Source: an uncultured Clostridia bacterium (lineage in GTDB: Bacteria; Bacillota; Clostridia; TANB77; CAG-508). From it: DNA of 64,000 nt. Location of the stretch: positions 1,032 to 65,031 of the forward strand of contig CANQGU010000006.1 in NCBI GenBank assembly GCA_947623465.1. The letters are read 5' to 3'. Shown in pieces: positions 10,410 to 21,163 of this stretch; position 1 is the stretch's first letter, and the number at the start of each line of letters is the position of its first letter. The notes beneath the pieces are model-generated. The model was not told the DNA's origin, did not search any database, and saw only the letters and a list, made by a program, of their open reading frames with translations. Made by a program: the position numbers and the translations under genes.

Positions 10410-11267
10410 ATGGAAGATTTTTCAACATATATTTTAGAAGAAAAAGATTTTGCTCAAAAAATGTTAATAGCATATTATTTATCTAAAAAAACAGGAATAT
10501 TTTTTGATAAATCTATTGTTTTAAAAGCCGAAATAGCAAAAATTTTTATAGAATATGCAAGTATAGATGTAGACGAAAATCTAGTTCTAACAGCTATGCT
10601 TTTATGCAATTGTAAAAAAGTAGAAAATGCTCAAAAAATAGGAAGGTTAGAAACTTTTGCAAAAGAAGGAGCAGACTATTTAGCTACACTTGGTTTTAGT
10701 AAACGTTTTTGTAAAATATGTGAAGAAGTAAATCGTTATACTGACAGTTCTCCTAGAGAAAAAGAAAGTGATATATTAGAAGTAGTAGATCAATTTACAG
10801 GTTTAATATTAAACAGAGTAGAAAGAAATGCATTTACCCCTGAAGAAGCTATTGTTGTGTTAAAAGAAAGAAATCTAAAATACACAGATAATAGATATTT
10901 AGACTTATTTATAGAATTTGTAAAAGACTTAGAAAAAATTACAATTAAAGAAACAATAGATGTTCCAATAATTCAAAAATTGGTACATTTACACAACAAA
11001 GAAGCAAATGTAAAAACATTTATTGCAACAATATCAAATAAATATGCAGAAAAAATAAATGACGCACTAAACAAAAATATGAAAAAAAGAGCAAAAGCAA
11101 TGTTACAAAGTGAAAAAGTTCAAAAAACACCTATAAAAAGTGATATGGACAAAATGAAAGACTTAGCAGAAGCAAACAAAAAGGCAACTAGATCATTATT
11201 TAGTGATGATACAGCAAAAAAAGTTTTAAATCATAAATCAAAATACAAAATAGAAGAAGATATTTAA
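10410..11267 (+). CDS. Hypothetical protein, degenerate HD/HD-GYP-like
   Basis: ESDILEVVDQFTGLILNRVERNAFTPEEAI resembles the HD-GYP C-terminus; HD and GYP residues are absent. Confidence 0.55.
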   Translation: MEDFSTYILEEKDFAQKMLIAYYLSKKTGIFFDKSIVLKAEIAKIFIEYASIDVDENLVLTAMLLCNCKKVENAQKIGRLETFAKEGADYLATLGFSKRFCKICEEVNRYTDSSPREKESDILEVVDQFTGLILNRVERNAFTPEEAIVVLKERNLKYTDNRYLDLFIEFVKDLEKITIKETIDVPIIQKLVHLHNKEANVKTFIATISNKYAEKINDALNKNMKKRAKAMLQSEKVQKTPIKSDMDKMKDLAEANKKATRSLFSDDTAKKVLNHKSKYKIEEDI

Positions 11268-11332
11268 ATAAAGGTTTATGGATAAATCCGTATAAAAATC
11301 CAAATATATTGATACAAGGAACGAAGTTTAAA

Positions 11333-12525
11333 ATGTACGAAATATTTGCAGATTTACATATACATATTCGGAAGATCAGAAAGTGGCAAACCTGTTAAAA
11401 TAACAGGTGCAAGAAGTTTGAACTTTGCAAATATTGCAAAAGAGTGTTATTACAAAAAAGGAATTCAAGTTGCAGGAATAATAGACTGTGCATCACCTTA
11501 TGTTATAGAAGATATAGAAAACTTCTTAAAAACAGGAGATGCTTATGAATTAAAAAATGGTGGAATAATATATAAAGATAAAGTTTGTATTCTTCTTCGG
11601 AAGTGAAGTAGAAACTTCTGAAATTGGAAGAAATGGAAAAACAGGAAGTGCACATAATGTGTGCTTTTTCCCTTATTTAAAAGATATAAAAGCATTTTCA
11701 AACGAGCTTTCAAAACACTTAAAAAATATAACACTAAGTACTCAAAGAACAGATTTATCTGGATATGAGTTAATAGATATGGTAGAAAGATATAATGGAA
11801 TTTTAATTCCTGCACATGTATTTACACCACATAAAAGCTACTATGGCAATTGTTCAGATAGATTAAAAGATATATTTAAAGAAAAATATGACAAAATATT
11901 TGCAATAGAGTTAGGATTAAGTTCAGACACATTTTTAGCAGACCAAATTTCAGAACTTGAAAATAAAACATTTGTAACAAATTCAGATGCTCACTCTTTG
12001 CCTAGAATTGCAAGAGAATATAACAAAATGTTAGTAGAAGACATATCATTTAAAGAAATAGTAAAAGCACTAAAAAATGAAGATGGAAGAAAAATTGTTG
12101 CAAATTACGGGTTAGACCCAAAACTTGGAAAATACCACAGAAGCTATTGCGAAGACTGTGAAAACTCAATAGAAATAGACGAAGCTGCAACAACTTGTCC
12201 AATATGTGGAAAACAAAATATAACATTTGGAGTTTTTGATAGAATAGAATTAATAAAAGATAAAAAAGAAACAAAAAGCCCAAAAAATAGACCACCATAT
12301 ATATACCAAGTACCACTTACTTTTGTTCCAGGTGTTGGAGGAAAAGCAATAGAAAAATTATTAAACCATTTCCAAACAGAAATGAATATTTTACACAAAG
12401 CAACTAAAGATGATTTAGAAGCTGTTGTTGGCGAAAAGCTTGCAAACAACATAATGGAAAGTATTCAAGGAAATGCCAAAGTTCACTCTGGAGGTGGAGG
12501 AGTATATGGTAAAATAATCTTATAA
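11333..12525 (+). CDS. YqxK/TIGR00375 PHP-family (endonuclease Q-like) protein, with +1 shifts at CGG 11369 and 11598
   Basis: Joined protein reads MYEIFADLHIHI-[C]-GRSESGKPVKITGA...ILL-[C]-GSEVET...PAHVFTP...NSDAHS...GKYH...GGGGVYG. Confidence 0.88.
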
Positions 12526-12735
12526 ACAGGAGAAAAAAGTTTTACATAAAATAAAGTATAAAAAATAGTTTATAATAATTAATAATTTTAAATAAAAATA
12601 TTACAAATGAATAAAATCTTCTCTATAAGAATAAACATTATTTATAAAGCAACATATAGAGGAGATTTTTTGAAAGTAAAATAGCTTTCATTCCTATGTA
12701 TGCCTTTTAAAAAGCAAGAAAGGAATGAAATTCTT

Positions 12736-13383
12736 ATGAAAAAGTATAAAAATGTTTCTAATGTAAAAAAAACAATTACAGAATATACTAAAAACAATTC
12801 TAAAGAATACATATTAGTTATTTTAATATGTGTTATTGGCTTATTTATAGGTGTAATGTTTATAAATAATTGTAATGAAGACAAACAAAATACTATAATA
12901 ACATACATAACAGAATTTATAGAAAAAATGAAAAGTATAGAAAATATAGACAAAGCAGATTTAATAGGAACATCTATAAAAAGAAATATACTGCTTGCAA
13001 TTAGTATATGGTTTGCAGGGACAACTATAATTGGAATGCCAGTAGTTTTAGGAATTATTTTATATAGAGGATTTAGTCTAGGCTATACAATATCGGCTAT
13101 TACACTAACTTTAGGAACAGGTAAAAGCATTATTTTTTGCATATTAACTTTATTTTTACAAAATATATTTTTTATACCTGCACTTCTTACAATGGGAGTG
13201 AGTAGTATTAAGTTATATAGATCAATAATAAATGACAGACGAAAAGAAAATATAAAAATAGAAATAATAAGACATACTGTTATTTCTTTAATTATGTTAG
13301 GAATTTTAGTAGTGTCTAGTATTATAGAAAATGAAATTTCAGTGTCTTTATTAAAAATGGGAATAAAATATATTAATTTGTAA
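12736..13383 (+). CDS. spoIIM: Stage II sporulation protein M
   Basis: Multi-TM protein with RGFSLGYTI and QNIFFIPA; position between yqxK and xerD. Confidence 0.85.
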   Translation: MKKYKNVSNVKKTITEYTKNNSKEYILVILICVIGLFIGVMFINNCNEDKQNTIITYITEFIEKMKSIENIDKADLIGTSIKRNILLAISIWFAGTTIIGMPVVLGIILYRGFSLGYTISAITLTLGTGKSIIFCILTLFLQNIFFIPALLTMGVSSIKLYRSIINDRRKENIKIEIIRHTVISLIMLGILVVSSIIENEISVSLLKMGIKYINL

Positions 13384-13535
13384 AATATAACAAAAAATAG
13401 TAGTAAGAAAAATTTAAAGAAAAAATTAAAAAAATTTTAAAAAAACTATTTACTTTTTTAAATTAGTTTGATATAACATATACAAAACTTATGTAAATAG
13501 AATGTTGCATAAAATATAAAAGATGGAGAATAGCA

Positions 13536-14417
13536 ATGGAAAAACAATTAAAACAATTTTTAAAATTTCTAGAAGTGAGTAAAAGAGCGTCAAACAATAC
13601 ACTTCAATCATATAAAAGGGACTTAAAACAATTTGAACAATACTTAGTAGATAATGACATAAAATATAGCAAAGTAAATGAACAAAATATGAAAGATTAT
13701 ATTGATTACTTAGAAGAGCAAGGCAAAAAACCATCAACAATATCAAGAAATATTGCGTCAATTAGGGCGTTTTATCAGTATGAAGTAAAAAATAAAAAGA
13801 ATATAAAAGATCCAACAGAAAATATACAATCTCCAAAAATAGAAAAAAGAATACCAAGTATATTAACATCTGAGGAAGTTGAATTATTACTAGAACAACC
13901 AAAAGATATTGATTTAAAAGGTATAAGAGATAAAGCAATGTTAGAATTTGCGTATGCAACAGGAATGAGAGTTACAGAAATAATATCTTTAAACATAGAA
14001 GATGTTAATTTACAAGAAGGTAATGTAATTTGTAAAAATATAAATAAACAAAGAATAATACCTTTAGGAAAAATGTCTTTAAATGCTTTAAAAGAATATA
14101 TAGAACAAGCACGTAATGTGTTAGTTAAAACAGATAAAGAAAATGCTTTATTTGTTAATCTAAATGGTAGAAGATTAACAAGACAAGGATTTTGGAAAAT
14201 TATAAAATACTATCAAGAACAAGCAAACATAACAAAAGATATCACACCACATACATTAAGACACTCATTTGCAACACATCTATTGCAAAATGGTGCAGAC
14301 TTAAAATCAATTCAAGCAATGCTTGGACATTCAGATATTTCATCAACACAAGTTTATATGCAATTTCAAAATGGTGGAATAAATGACATATACAAAAAAG
14401 CTCATCCAAGAGCGTAA
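13536..14417 (+). CDS. xerD: Site-specific tyrosine recombinase XerD
   Basis: YATGMRVTE, HTLRHSFATHLL, LGHSDISSTQVY and terminal HPRA motifs. Confidence 0.92.
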   Translation: MEKQLKQFLKFLEVSKRASNNTLQSYKRDLKQFEQYLVDNDIKYSKVNEQNMKDYIDYLEEQGKKPSTISRNIASIRAFYQYEVKNKKNIKDPTENIQSPKIEKRIPSILTSEEVELLLEQPKDIDLKGIRDKAMLEFAYATGMRVTEIISLNIEDVNLQEGNVICKNINKQRIIPLGKMSLNALKEYIEQARNVLVKTDKENALFVNLNGRRLTRQGFWKIIKYYQEQANITKDITPHTLRHSFATHLLQNGADLKSIQAMLGHSDISSTQVYMQFQNGGINDIYKKAHPRA

Positions 14418-14504
14418 AAAATAAGTTAGTAGAACATATTATAAAATAGAAACTTGCAAAAATACATAAATTATGTTAATATATATACATATAAAAATAA
14501 AAAC

Positions 14505-14752
14505 AAATTAAAAAGCAAAGTAAGTATATTAAAAATTTGCCATAGAGAAAATGACCTTGGCTGGAAGTCATTGCAAAGAATGTACCCAAATTTCACTTTT
14601 TAGGTCTTCTTTTGAAAATAAAAGTAGGAAGAAGCGGTTGAACCGTTAAAACTATAATAAGGTTAGTTAAAAAATAAAACTAATAAATTTAGGTGGTACC
14701 ACGAAAACAAATCCATTTCGTCCTAATAGTTTAGGCGAAGTGGATTTTTTGG
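14505..14752 (+). promoter_or_regulatory. T-box riboswitch (Phe)
   Basis: AGAGA/GCTGGAA stem I loops, TTC specifier near 14592, T-box AATTTAGGTGGTACCACG at ~14686, terminator ending in a T-run; precedes pheS. Confidence 0.9.
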
Positions 14753-14867
14753 TATCTTAAACAATTATAAAATACATTTAAAAGGCATCTTAAAAAATGT
14801 TTCTGAAAAAATATAAATTAAGACACATCTTAAAAATGTTTTTTAATAAAAAGGGAGGAAAATTTTT

Positions 14868-15917
14868 ATGAAAAGCAAAATTGAAGAAATCAAACATAAG
14901 TCTGTTGAAGAAATAAAAAAAATAGCAGACTTAAAATCGCTTGAAGATTTAAAAGTAAAAATACTAGGGAAAAAAAGTGAATTAACTTCTGTTTTAAGAG
15001 GGATGAAAGAATTAGCAGAAGAAGAAAGACCTGTTATTGGAAATCTTGTAAACGAAGCAAGAGACACTATAGAAAAATTAATTTCTGAAAAAGAAGCAGA
15101 ATTTAAAAAAGAGGAAATGAATAAAAAGTTAGAAAAAGAAAAAATTGATATAACACTTCCAAGCAGTAAATTAAAAAGAGGTAGCATACATCCATTAAAC
15201 AGAATTATAGAAGATATGGAAGACTTATTTGTATCTATGGGTTATGATGTAGTAGAAGGACCTGAACTTGAAACAGATGAATTTTGTTTTGAAAGATTAA
15301 ACCTACCAAAAGGACACCCTGCAAGAGATATGCAAGATAGTTTTTATATTACAGATAATTACTTGCTTAGAACTCAAACATCTGCTGTTCAAGCAAGAAC
15401 AATGATAGCAAATGAAGAAAAATCTCCAATAAGAATGATTACATGTGGAAAAACATATCGTAGAGAAGATGACGCAACACACTCTCATCAATTCAACCAA
15501 ATAGAAGGTTTAGTAATAGATAAAAAAGAAAGAAATGTGTCACTCGCAGACTTAAAGGGAACATTAGAAGTTTTTGTTAGAAAAATAATAGGAGCGAATC
15601 TAGATTTAAGATTTAGACCAAGTTATTTCCCATTTACAGAACCATCTTATGAAGTTGATGTAACATGCTTTAAATGTGGAGGTAAAGGATGTAACCTATG
15701 TAAACAAACAGGATGGATTGAAGTTTTAGGTTCTGGTATTGTTCATCCAAATGTTCTTAAAATAAATGGATATGACCCTGAAAAATATGGTGGTTTTGCA
15801 TTTGGTACAGGTATTGATAGATTGGCTATGTTTAGATATGGTATTACAGATATGAGATATTTGTATACCAATGATGTAAGATTCTTAAATCAATTTGACA
15901 GAAAAGACGAGGAGTAG
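14868..15917 (+). CDS. pheS: Phenylalanine--tRNA ligase alpha subunit
   Basis: HPARDMQDSFY, FRPSYFPFTEPS, GFAFGTGIDR motifs. Confidence 0.98.
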   Translation: MKSKIEEIKHKSVEEIKKIADLKSLEDLKVKILGKKSELTSVLRGMKELAEEERPVIGNLVNEARDTIEKLISEKEAEFKKEEMNKKLEKEKIDITLPSSKLKRGSIHPLNRIIEDMEDLFVSMGYDVVEGPELETDEFCFERLNLPKGHPARDMQDSFYITDNYLLRTQTSAVQARTMIANEEKSPIRMITCGKTYRREDDATHSHQFNQIEGLVIDKKERNVSLADLKGTLEVFVRKIIGANLDLRFRPSYFPFTEPSYEVDVTCFKCGGKGCNLCKQTGWIEVLGSGIVHPNVLKINGYDPEKYGGFAFGTGIDRLAMFRYGITDMRYLYTNDVRFLNQFDRKDEE

Positions 15918-15952
15918 CCAAATGAAAATTAAAAATAATTAGGAGGATTAAA

Positions 15953-18331
15953 ATGAAATTAAGTTTAAATTTTGTAAGAGACTATGTAGATTTACCAAAA
16001 GATTTAGATGTAACAACAATTGCAGAAGATATGACAAGAATTGGAAATGAATATGATTCAGCTGAAAAATTAGTGGATAGCACAAATTTAATAATTGGTA
16101 AAGTTATAGAATGCAAAGAACATCCAGATTCAGACCATTTGCATTTGTGCAAAGTTGATATTGGCAGCGAAATTTTAAATATAGTATGTGGAGCACCAAA
16201 TGTAAGAGAAGGATTAAAAGTAATTGTAGCACAAGATGGTGCCAAACTTCCAGGTGGAATAACTATAAAAAAAGGAATGATAAGAGGTCAAGAATCAAAT
16301 GGTATGATTTGCGCATTATACGAAATTGGTATAGAAAAGAAATTCTTATCAGAGGCTGACAAAAACGGAATATGTGAGCTTCCAGAAAATGCTCCTGTTG
16401 GAGGAGACCCTGTAGAATTTTTAAAATTAGATGATGAAGTTATAGATTTTGAACTAACAGCAAACAGAGGAGATTTACTTAGTATTTTAGGTATGGCTTA
16501 TGAATTATCAAGTATATATGATAAAGATTGTGTAAAAGCTCCGGATCTATCTCATAAAGAAATAGGGGAAGATATATCTAAAGAATTTACAACAGAAATA
16601 GAAACAGAAAATTGTAAATTATTCTTAACAAGAAAAGCTAAAGATGTTGTAATAAAAGAAAGTCCAGACTTTATAAAAAATAGATTAATAGCATCAGGAA
16701 TTAGACCAATAAACAATGTAGTTGATATAAGTAATTATGTAATGTTAGAACTTGGGCAACCTTTACACTTTTATGACAATGACAATTTAGGAAATAAAAT
16801 AGTTGTAAGGATGGCAAAAGAAAATGAAAAGTTAACAACTTTAGATGGTCAAGAAAGAGAATTATCAGCAGAAGATATTGTAATTACAGATGGCAAAAAA
16901 ACAGTTGGTTTAGCAGGAGTTATGGGAGGCTTAACAACAGAAGTTGAACCTACAACAAAAAATGTAATAATAGAAGCTGCAATTTTCGATTCTGTAAAGG
17001 TTAGAAAAACATCAAATAAAATTTTAAGAAGTGAAGCAAGTAACAGATTTGAAAAAGGATTAGATCCTGCAAGAACATATATGGCAATGGAAAGAGCATG
17101 TCATTTATTAGAAAAATATGCAGATGCTAAAATAGTTACAGGAATGCTAAAATATGATGTAACTAAAAACCAAGAAAAACAAATTGAAATAGAATATCAA
17201 TTTATAAATGATGTTTTAGGTGCAAAAATATCAAAAGAAGATATATTAAATACTTTTAAAAAATTAAAATTTGAAACTAATCCAAAAGAAGAATCTGTTG
17301 TAGTTACAGTTCCAACAAGAAGAATTGATATTTCTATAAAAGAAGATTTAGTAGAAGAAATAGGAAGAATTTATGGAGTTGATAATATTCAAGGAAAACT
17401 TCCATTAGTTCCTATGAAAGCAGGTTCTGTAAATAAAACAATTAGAAAAATAAGACACAAAATGAGTAATCTTGGACTAAACGAAACATTAACATATATC
17501 TTAATAAATGATAAAGATGTAAAAAAATTCACAGTAGATGAATTTGAACCATTATACTTACTTGACCCAATTACAGAAGATAGAAACACTTTAAGATATA
17601 GCATGATACCATCTTTATACAAAATATATGAATACAATAAAGCTCGTGAAAACAAAGATGTTTGCTTATTTGAAATAGGAAAAGGATTTTATAAAAAAGG
17701 CGAAGTATATGGAGAAGACCAAAAAATATGTGTTTTAATGTCAGGAAAATATTATAATAAAATTGGATATAACCAAGATATAGACTTTTTTGACATAAAG
17801 GGCGTAGCTGAAGAATTACTTGACTTTTTAGGATATGCTAACAGATATAGCTTTGTTATTCCAAATAGGATGCCTCAAGAATTCCACCCAGGTCAAACAG
17901 CAGAAATTTCTGTAAATAATGATATAGTAGGAATTATAGGAAGAATTCATCCTGAAATAGAAAAAGAAAAAGTATATGTAATGGAAATAAATTTAGACAA
18001 ATTACTAGCCAAAAAAGTAGGAAAAATGAAATTTAAAGAAATTTCAAAATTCCCAGTTATGAAAAAAGATTTATCTATTTTGGTAGACAAAGACATAACT
18101 TCAAAAGAAATAGAAACAAAAATAAAGAAAAAAGCAGGAAAACTTTTACTAGATATAAAATTATTTGACCTATATGAGGGAAAAAATATTTTAGACAAAA
18201 ATAAGAGAAGTTTAGCTTATTCATTAACTTTCGGAGACCAAAACAGAACTTTAAATGATGAAGAAATAAATTCTATTATGGAAAATATTATTGAGGATTT
18301 GGCTAAGGCAGGTATGGAACTTAGAAAATAG
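15953..18331 (+). CDS. pheT: Phenylalanine--tRNA ligase beta subunit
   Basis: IVCGAPNV, TANRGD, GIRPINNVVDISNYVMLELGQPLH motifs. Confidence 0.98.
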   Translation: MKLSLNFVRDYVDLPKDLDVTTIAEDMTRIGNEYDSAEKLVDSTNLIIGKVIECKEHPDSDHLHLCKVDIGSEILNIVCGAPNVREGLKVIVAQDGAKLPGGITIKKGMIRGQESNGMICALYEIGIEKKFLSEADKNGICELPENAPVGGDPVEFLKLDDEVIDFELTANRGDLLSILGMAYELSSIYDKDCVKAPDLSHKEIGEDISKEFTTEIETENCKLFLTRKAKDVVIKESPDFIKNRLIASGIRPINNVVDISNYVMLELGQPLHFYDNDNLGNKIVVRMAKENEKLTTLDGQERELSAEDIVITDGKKTVGLAGVMGGLTTEVEPTTKNVIIEAAIFDSVKVRKTSNKILRSEASNRFEKGLDPARTYMAMERACHLLEKYADAKIVTGMLKYDVTKNQEKQIEIEYQFINDVLGAKISKEDILNTFKKLKFETNPKEESVVVTVPTRRIDISIKEDLVEEIGRIYGVDNIQGKLPLVPMKAGSVNKTIRKIRHKMSNLGLNETLTYILINDKDVKKFTVDEFEPLYLLDPITEDRNTLRYSMIPSLYKIYEYNKARENKDVCLFEIGKGFYKKGEVYGEDQKICVLMSGKYYNKIGYNQDIDFFDIKGVAEELLDFLGYANRYSFVIPNRMPQEFHPGQTAEISVNNDIVGIIGRIHPEIEKEKVYVMEINLDKLLAKKVGKMKFKEISKFPVMKKDLSILVDKDITSKEIETKIKKKAGKLLLDIKLFDLYEGKNILDKNKRSLAYSLTFGDQNRTLNDEEINSIMENIIEDLAKAGMELRK

Positions 18332-18347
18332 AAAGTAATGTCTATTT

Positions 18348-18383
18348 AGGGCGTGTCATTTGGGACGTCCTTTTTTGACATCT
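18348..18383 (+). repeat. REP-like repeat copy
   Basis: GGGCGTGTCATTTGGGACGTCCTTTTTTGACATCT matches the first copy at ~9290. Confidence 0.8.
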
Positions 18384-18537
18384 ATTCTTTTTTACAAATT
18401 AATTTTACCAAAACACTTGCAAAATATCTATTTATGTAGTAAAATATAGTTTGTAAAAAGTTTCCTTATACTTGGTTAAATAATATAACACCCGAATTTA
18501 ACTCAGTTTAAGGTGCAAAAAAATAGGAGGTGTAAAT

Positions 18538-18804
18538 ATGATATCAAAAGAAGCAAAGGCTGAAATCATTGAAAAATATAAAAGAGATGAAAAAGATACT
18601 GGTTCTCCAGAAGTTCAAATAGCTCTTTTAACAACAAGAATCAATGAATTAACAGAGCATTTAAAAATCCATAAAAAAGACAATCACTCAAGAAGAGGTC
18701 TTTTAAAAATGGTAGGTAAAAGAAGAAATTTATTAAACTATTTAGCAAAAAAAGATATTAATAGATACAGAGAAATAGTTGAAAAATTAAATTTAAGAAA
18801 ATAA
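18538..18804 (+). CDS. rpsO: 30S ribosomal protein S15
   Basis: [13 protein letters not shown] and [17 protein letters not shown] motifs. Confidence 0.99.
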   Translation: MISKEAKAEIIEKYKRDEKDTGSPEVQIALLTTRINELTEHLKIHKKDNHSRRGLLKMVGKRRNLLNYLAKKDINRYREIVEKLNLRK

Positions 18805-18840
18805 AAAGAGGGGCAGGTGCTTATTTTGCCCCTATTTTTT
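18805..18840 (+). terminator. Intrinsic terminator after rpsO
   Basis: AGGGGCA...TGCCCCT stem followed by a T-run. Confidence 0.7.
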
Positions 18841-18865
18841 AAAATTTATGGAGGAGAAAATATAT

Positions 18866-21055
18866 ATGTTTAAAGTTTATGAAACAGAATTAGCAGGAAG
18901 AAAGCTAACTATAGAAACAGGAAAAATGGCAGCACTAAGCAATGGAAGTGTATTAGTTAGATATGGTGATACATCTGTAATGGTAAATGTTACAGCATCA
19001 AAAGAACCAAGAGAGGGAATAGACTTTTTCCCATTATCTGTAGATTTTGAAGAAAAATTATATTCAGTAGGAAAAATTCCAGGATCTTATACAAAAAGAG
19101 AAGGAAAACCAAGTGATAAATCAATACTTACATCAAGAGCAATAGATAGACCTCTAAGACCTTTATTCCCAAAAGATTTCAGAAATGATGTAGTAGTAGT
19201 TGCAACAGTACTTTCAGTAGAACAAGACAATTCGCCAGAAATTGCTGCAATGATAGGAGCATCTTGTGCATTATCAATTTCAGATATTCCATTTGGAGGT
19301 CCAACAGCAGCAGTAAATGTAGGATTAGTAAATGACGAAATAATAATAAACCCAACAGAGGAACAAAGAAAAGTAAGTGATTTAACTTTAACAGTTGCAG
19401 GAACACATGACAAAATTGCAATGATAGAAGCTGGAGCAAATGAAGTTTCAGATGAAATTATGTTAGAAGCAATAAAGAAAGCACATGTTGAAATTCAAAA
19501 ATTATGTGAGTTTATTTCAAAAATAAAAGAAGAAATTGGTAAACCAAAATTTGAGTATAAATCTTTCGCAGTTATTCCAGAAATGTATGATTATTTATCA
19601 GAAAATTATAAAGATGAAATGAAAACAGCTGTTACAGAAAAAGACAAAACTGTAAGAGACGATAATGTTGCAAAATTAAATGAAAAAGTAAATGAAGAAT
19701 ATAAAGAAAAATTTGGAGAAGAAAAATTTGAAGAAGATAAAGCCCAAATTTCAGAAGCTTTATATAAATTAGAAAAGAAAATTGTAAGAGACATGATATT
19801 CTATGAACACAAACGTGTTGATGGAAGAGAATTAGACGAAATTAGACCTCTTTCATGTGAAGTTGGTGTAATACCTAGAGTACATGGAAGTGGATTATTC
19901 ACAAGAGGTTTAACACAAGTAATGTCTATTACAACACTTGGTATGATAAGTGAAGAACAAGAATTAGATGGAATAGATACAGAAACAAGTAAAAGATATA
20001 TGCATCAATACAACTTCCCTGCATATTCAGTAGGAGAAGCAAGACCATCAAGAGGTCCTGGAAGACGTGAAATTGGTCATGGAGCTTTAGCAGAAAAAGC
20101 ATTAGTTCCAGTACTTCCATCTGTGGAAGAATTCCCTTATGCAATAAGAGTTGTATCTGAAATTCTATCTTCAAATGGTTCAACTTCACAAGGAAGTATA
20201 TGTGCAAGTTCATTAAGCTTAATGGATGCAGGTGTTCCAATAAAAAGACCGGTTGCAGGAATTTCAACAGGTTTAGTAACAGATCCTGAAGATGAAAACA
20301 ACTATGTAATGCTTACAGATATCCAAGGAATAGAAGATTTCTTTGGAGATATGGACTTTAAAGTTGGAGGAACAGAAAAAGGAATTACAGCAATACAAGT
20401 AGATATAAAAGTAGATGGACTATCTTTTGATATAATAAAAGAAGCATTTGAGAGAACTCATAAAGCTAGATTATATATTTTAAATGATATAATGAAACCA
20501 CAAATTGCTGAGCCAAGAGAAGAGATATCTGAATATGCTCCAAAAATTATTACAACAAAAATAAAGGTAGACAAAATAAAAGATGTAATAGGAACAGGCG
20601 GAAAAGTCATAAATAAAATAATAGAAGAAACAGGAGTAAAAATAGACATTGAAGAAGATGGACAAGTATTTATTTATGGTCAAAACAGCGAAAAAGCTTA
20701 TGATGCATTAGACATGATAGAAGATATAGTTCGTGAAATCGAAGTTGGTGGAATTTACTATGGTGCAGTAACAAGAATAACATCTTTTGGAGCCTTTGTA
20801 GATTTAGGAAATGGAAAAGAAGGTTTACTTCATATTTCTAAAATTGCAAAAGAACATATAAGAAGAGTTGAAGATTATATAAAAATAGGAGAAAAAGTAA
20901 CTGTAAAAGTTACAGAAATTGACCATCAAGGAAGAATAAGCTTAGCTATGAATGAGTTAAGAGAAAAAAGAAAAGAACTAAAAGATGCAGAAGAACATGA
21001 AAATATAGAAGAAAATAAAATAGAAGAAAATAATGAAGAAACAGGAGAAGAATAA
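18866..21055 (+). CDS. pnp: Polyribonucleotide nucleotidyltransferase
   Basis: FFPLSVDFEEK, RREIGHGALAE, GDMDFKVGG motifs; KH and S1 domains. Confidence 0.98.
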   Translation: MFKVYETELAGRKLTIETGKMAALSNGSVLVRYGDTSVMVNVTASKEPREGIDFFPLSVDFEEKLYSVGKIPGSYTKREGKPSDKSILTSRAIDRPLRPLFPKDFRNDVVVVATVLSVEQDNSPEIAAMIGASCALSISDIPFGGPTAAVNVGLVNDEIIINPTEEQRKVSDLTLTVAGTHDKIAMIEAGANEVSDEIMLEAIKKAHVEIQKLCEFISKIKEEIGKPKFEYKSFAVIPEMYDYLSENYKDEMKTAVTEKDKTVRDDNVAKLNEKVNEEYKEKFGEEKFEEDKAQISEALYKLEKKIVRDMIFYEHKRVDGRELDEIRPLSCEVGVIPRVHGSGLFTRGLTQVMSITTLGMISEEQELDGIDTETSKRYMHQYNFPAYSVGEARPSRGPGRREIGHGALAEKALVPVLPSVEEFPYAIRVVSEILSSNGSTSQGSICASSLSLMDAGVPIKRPVAGISTGLVTDPEDENNYVMLTDIQGIEDFFGDMDFKVGGTEKGITAIQVDIKVDGLSFDIIKEAFERTHKARLYILNDIMKPQIAEPREEISEYAPKIITTKIKVDKIKDVIGTGGKVINKIIEETGVKIDIEEDGQVFIYGQNSEKAYDALDMIEDIVREIEVGGIYYGAVTRITSFGAFVDLGNGKEGLLHISKIAKEHIRRVEDYIKIGEKVTVKVTEIDHQGRISLAMNELREKRKELKDAEEHENIEENKIEENNEETGEE

Positions 21056-21163
21056 AAATATTTTAACCATATGACTTTAAAATAAAAAATACAATTAAAT
21101 AAAATAAGAAAATAAAAAATGAAAGGAGGAAGGTGCTAAATTAAATTTAGCACAAGAAAAAAG

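Noticed and set aside
13536-14417. Integrase of a prophage or island
   Set aside because: Typical chromosomal XerD in the spoIIM-xerD context, with no phage or mobility genes nearby.
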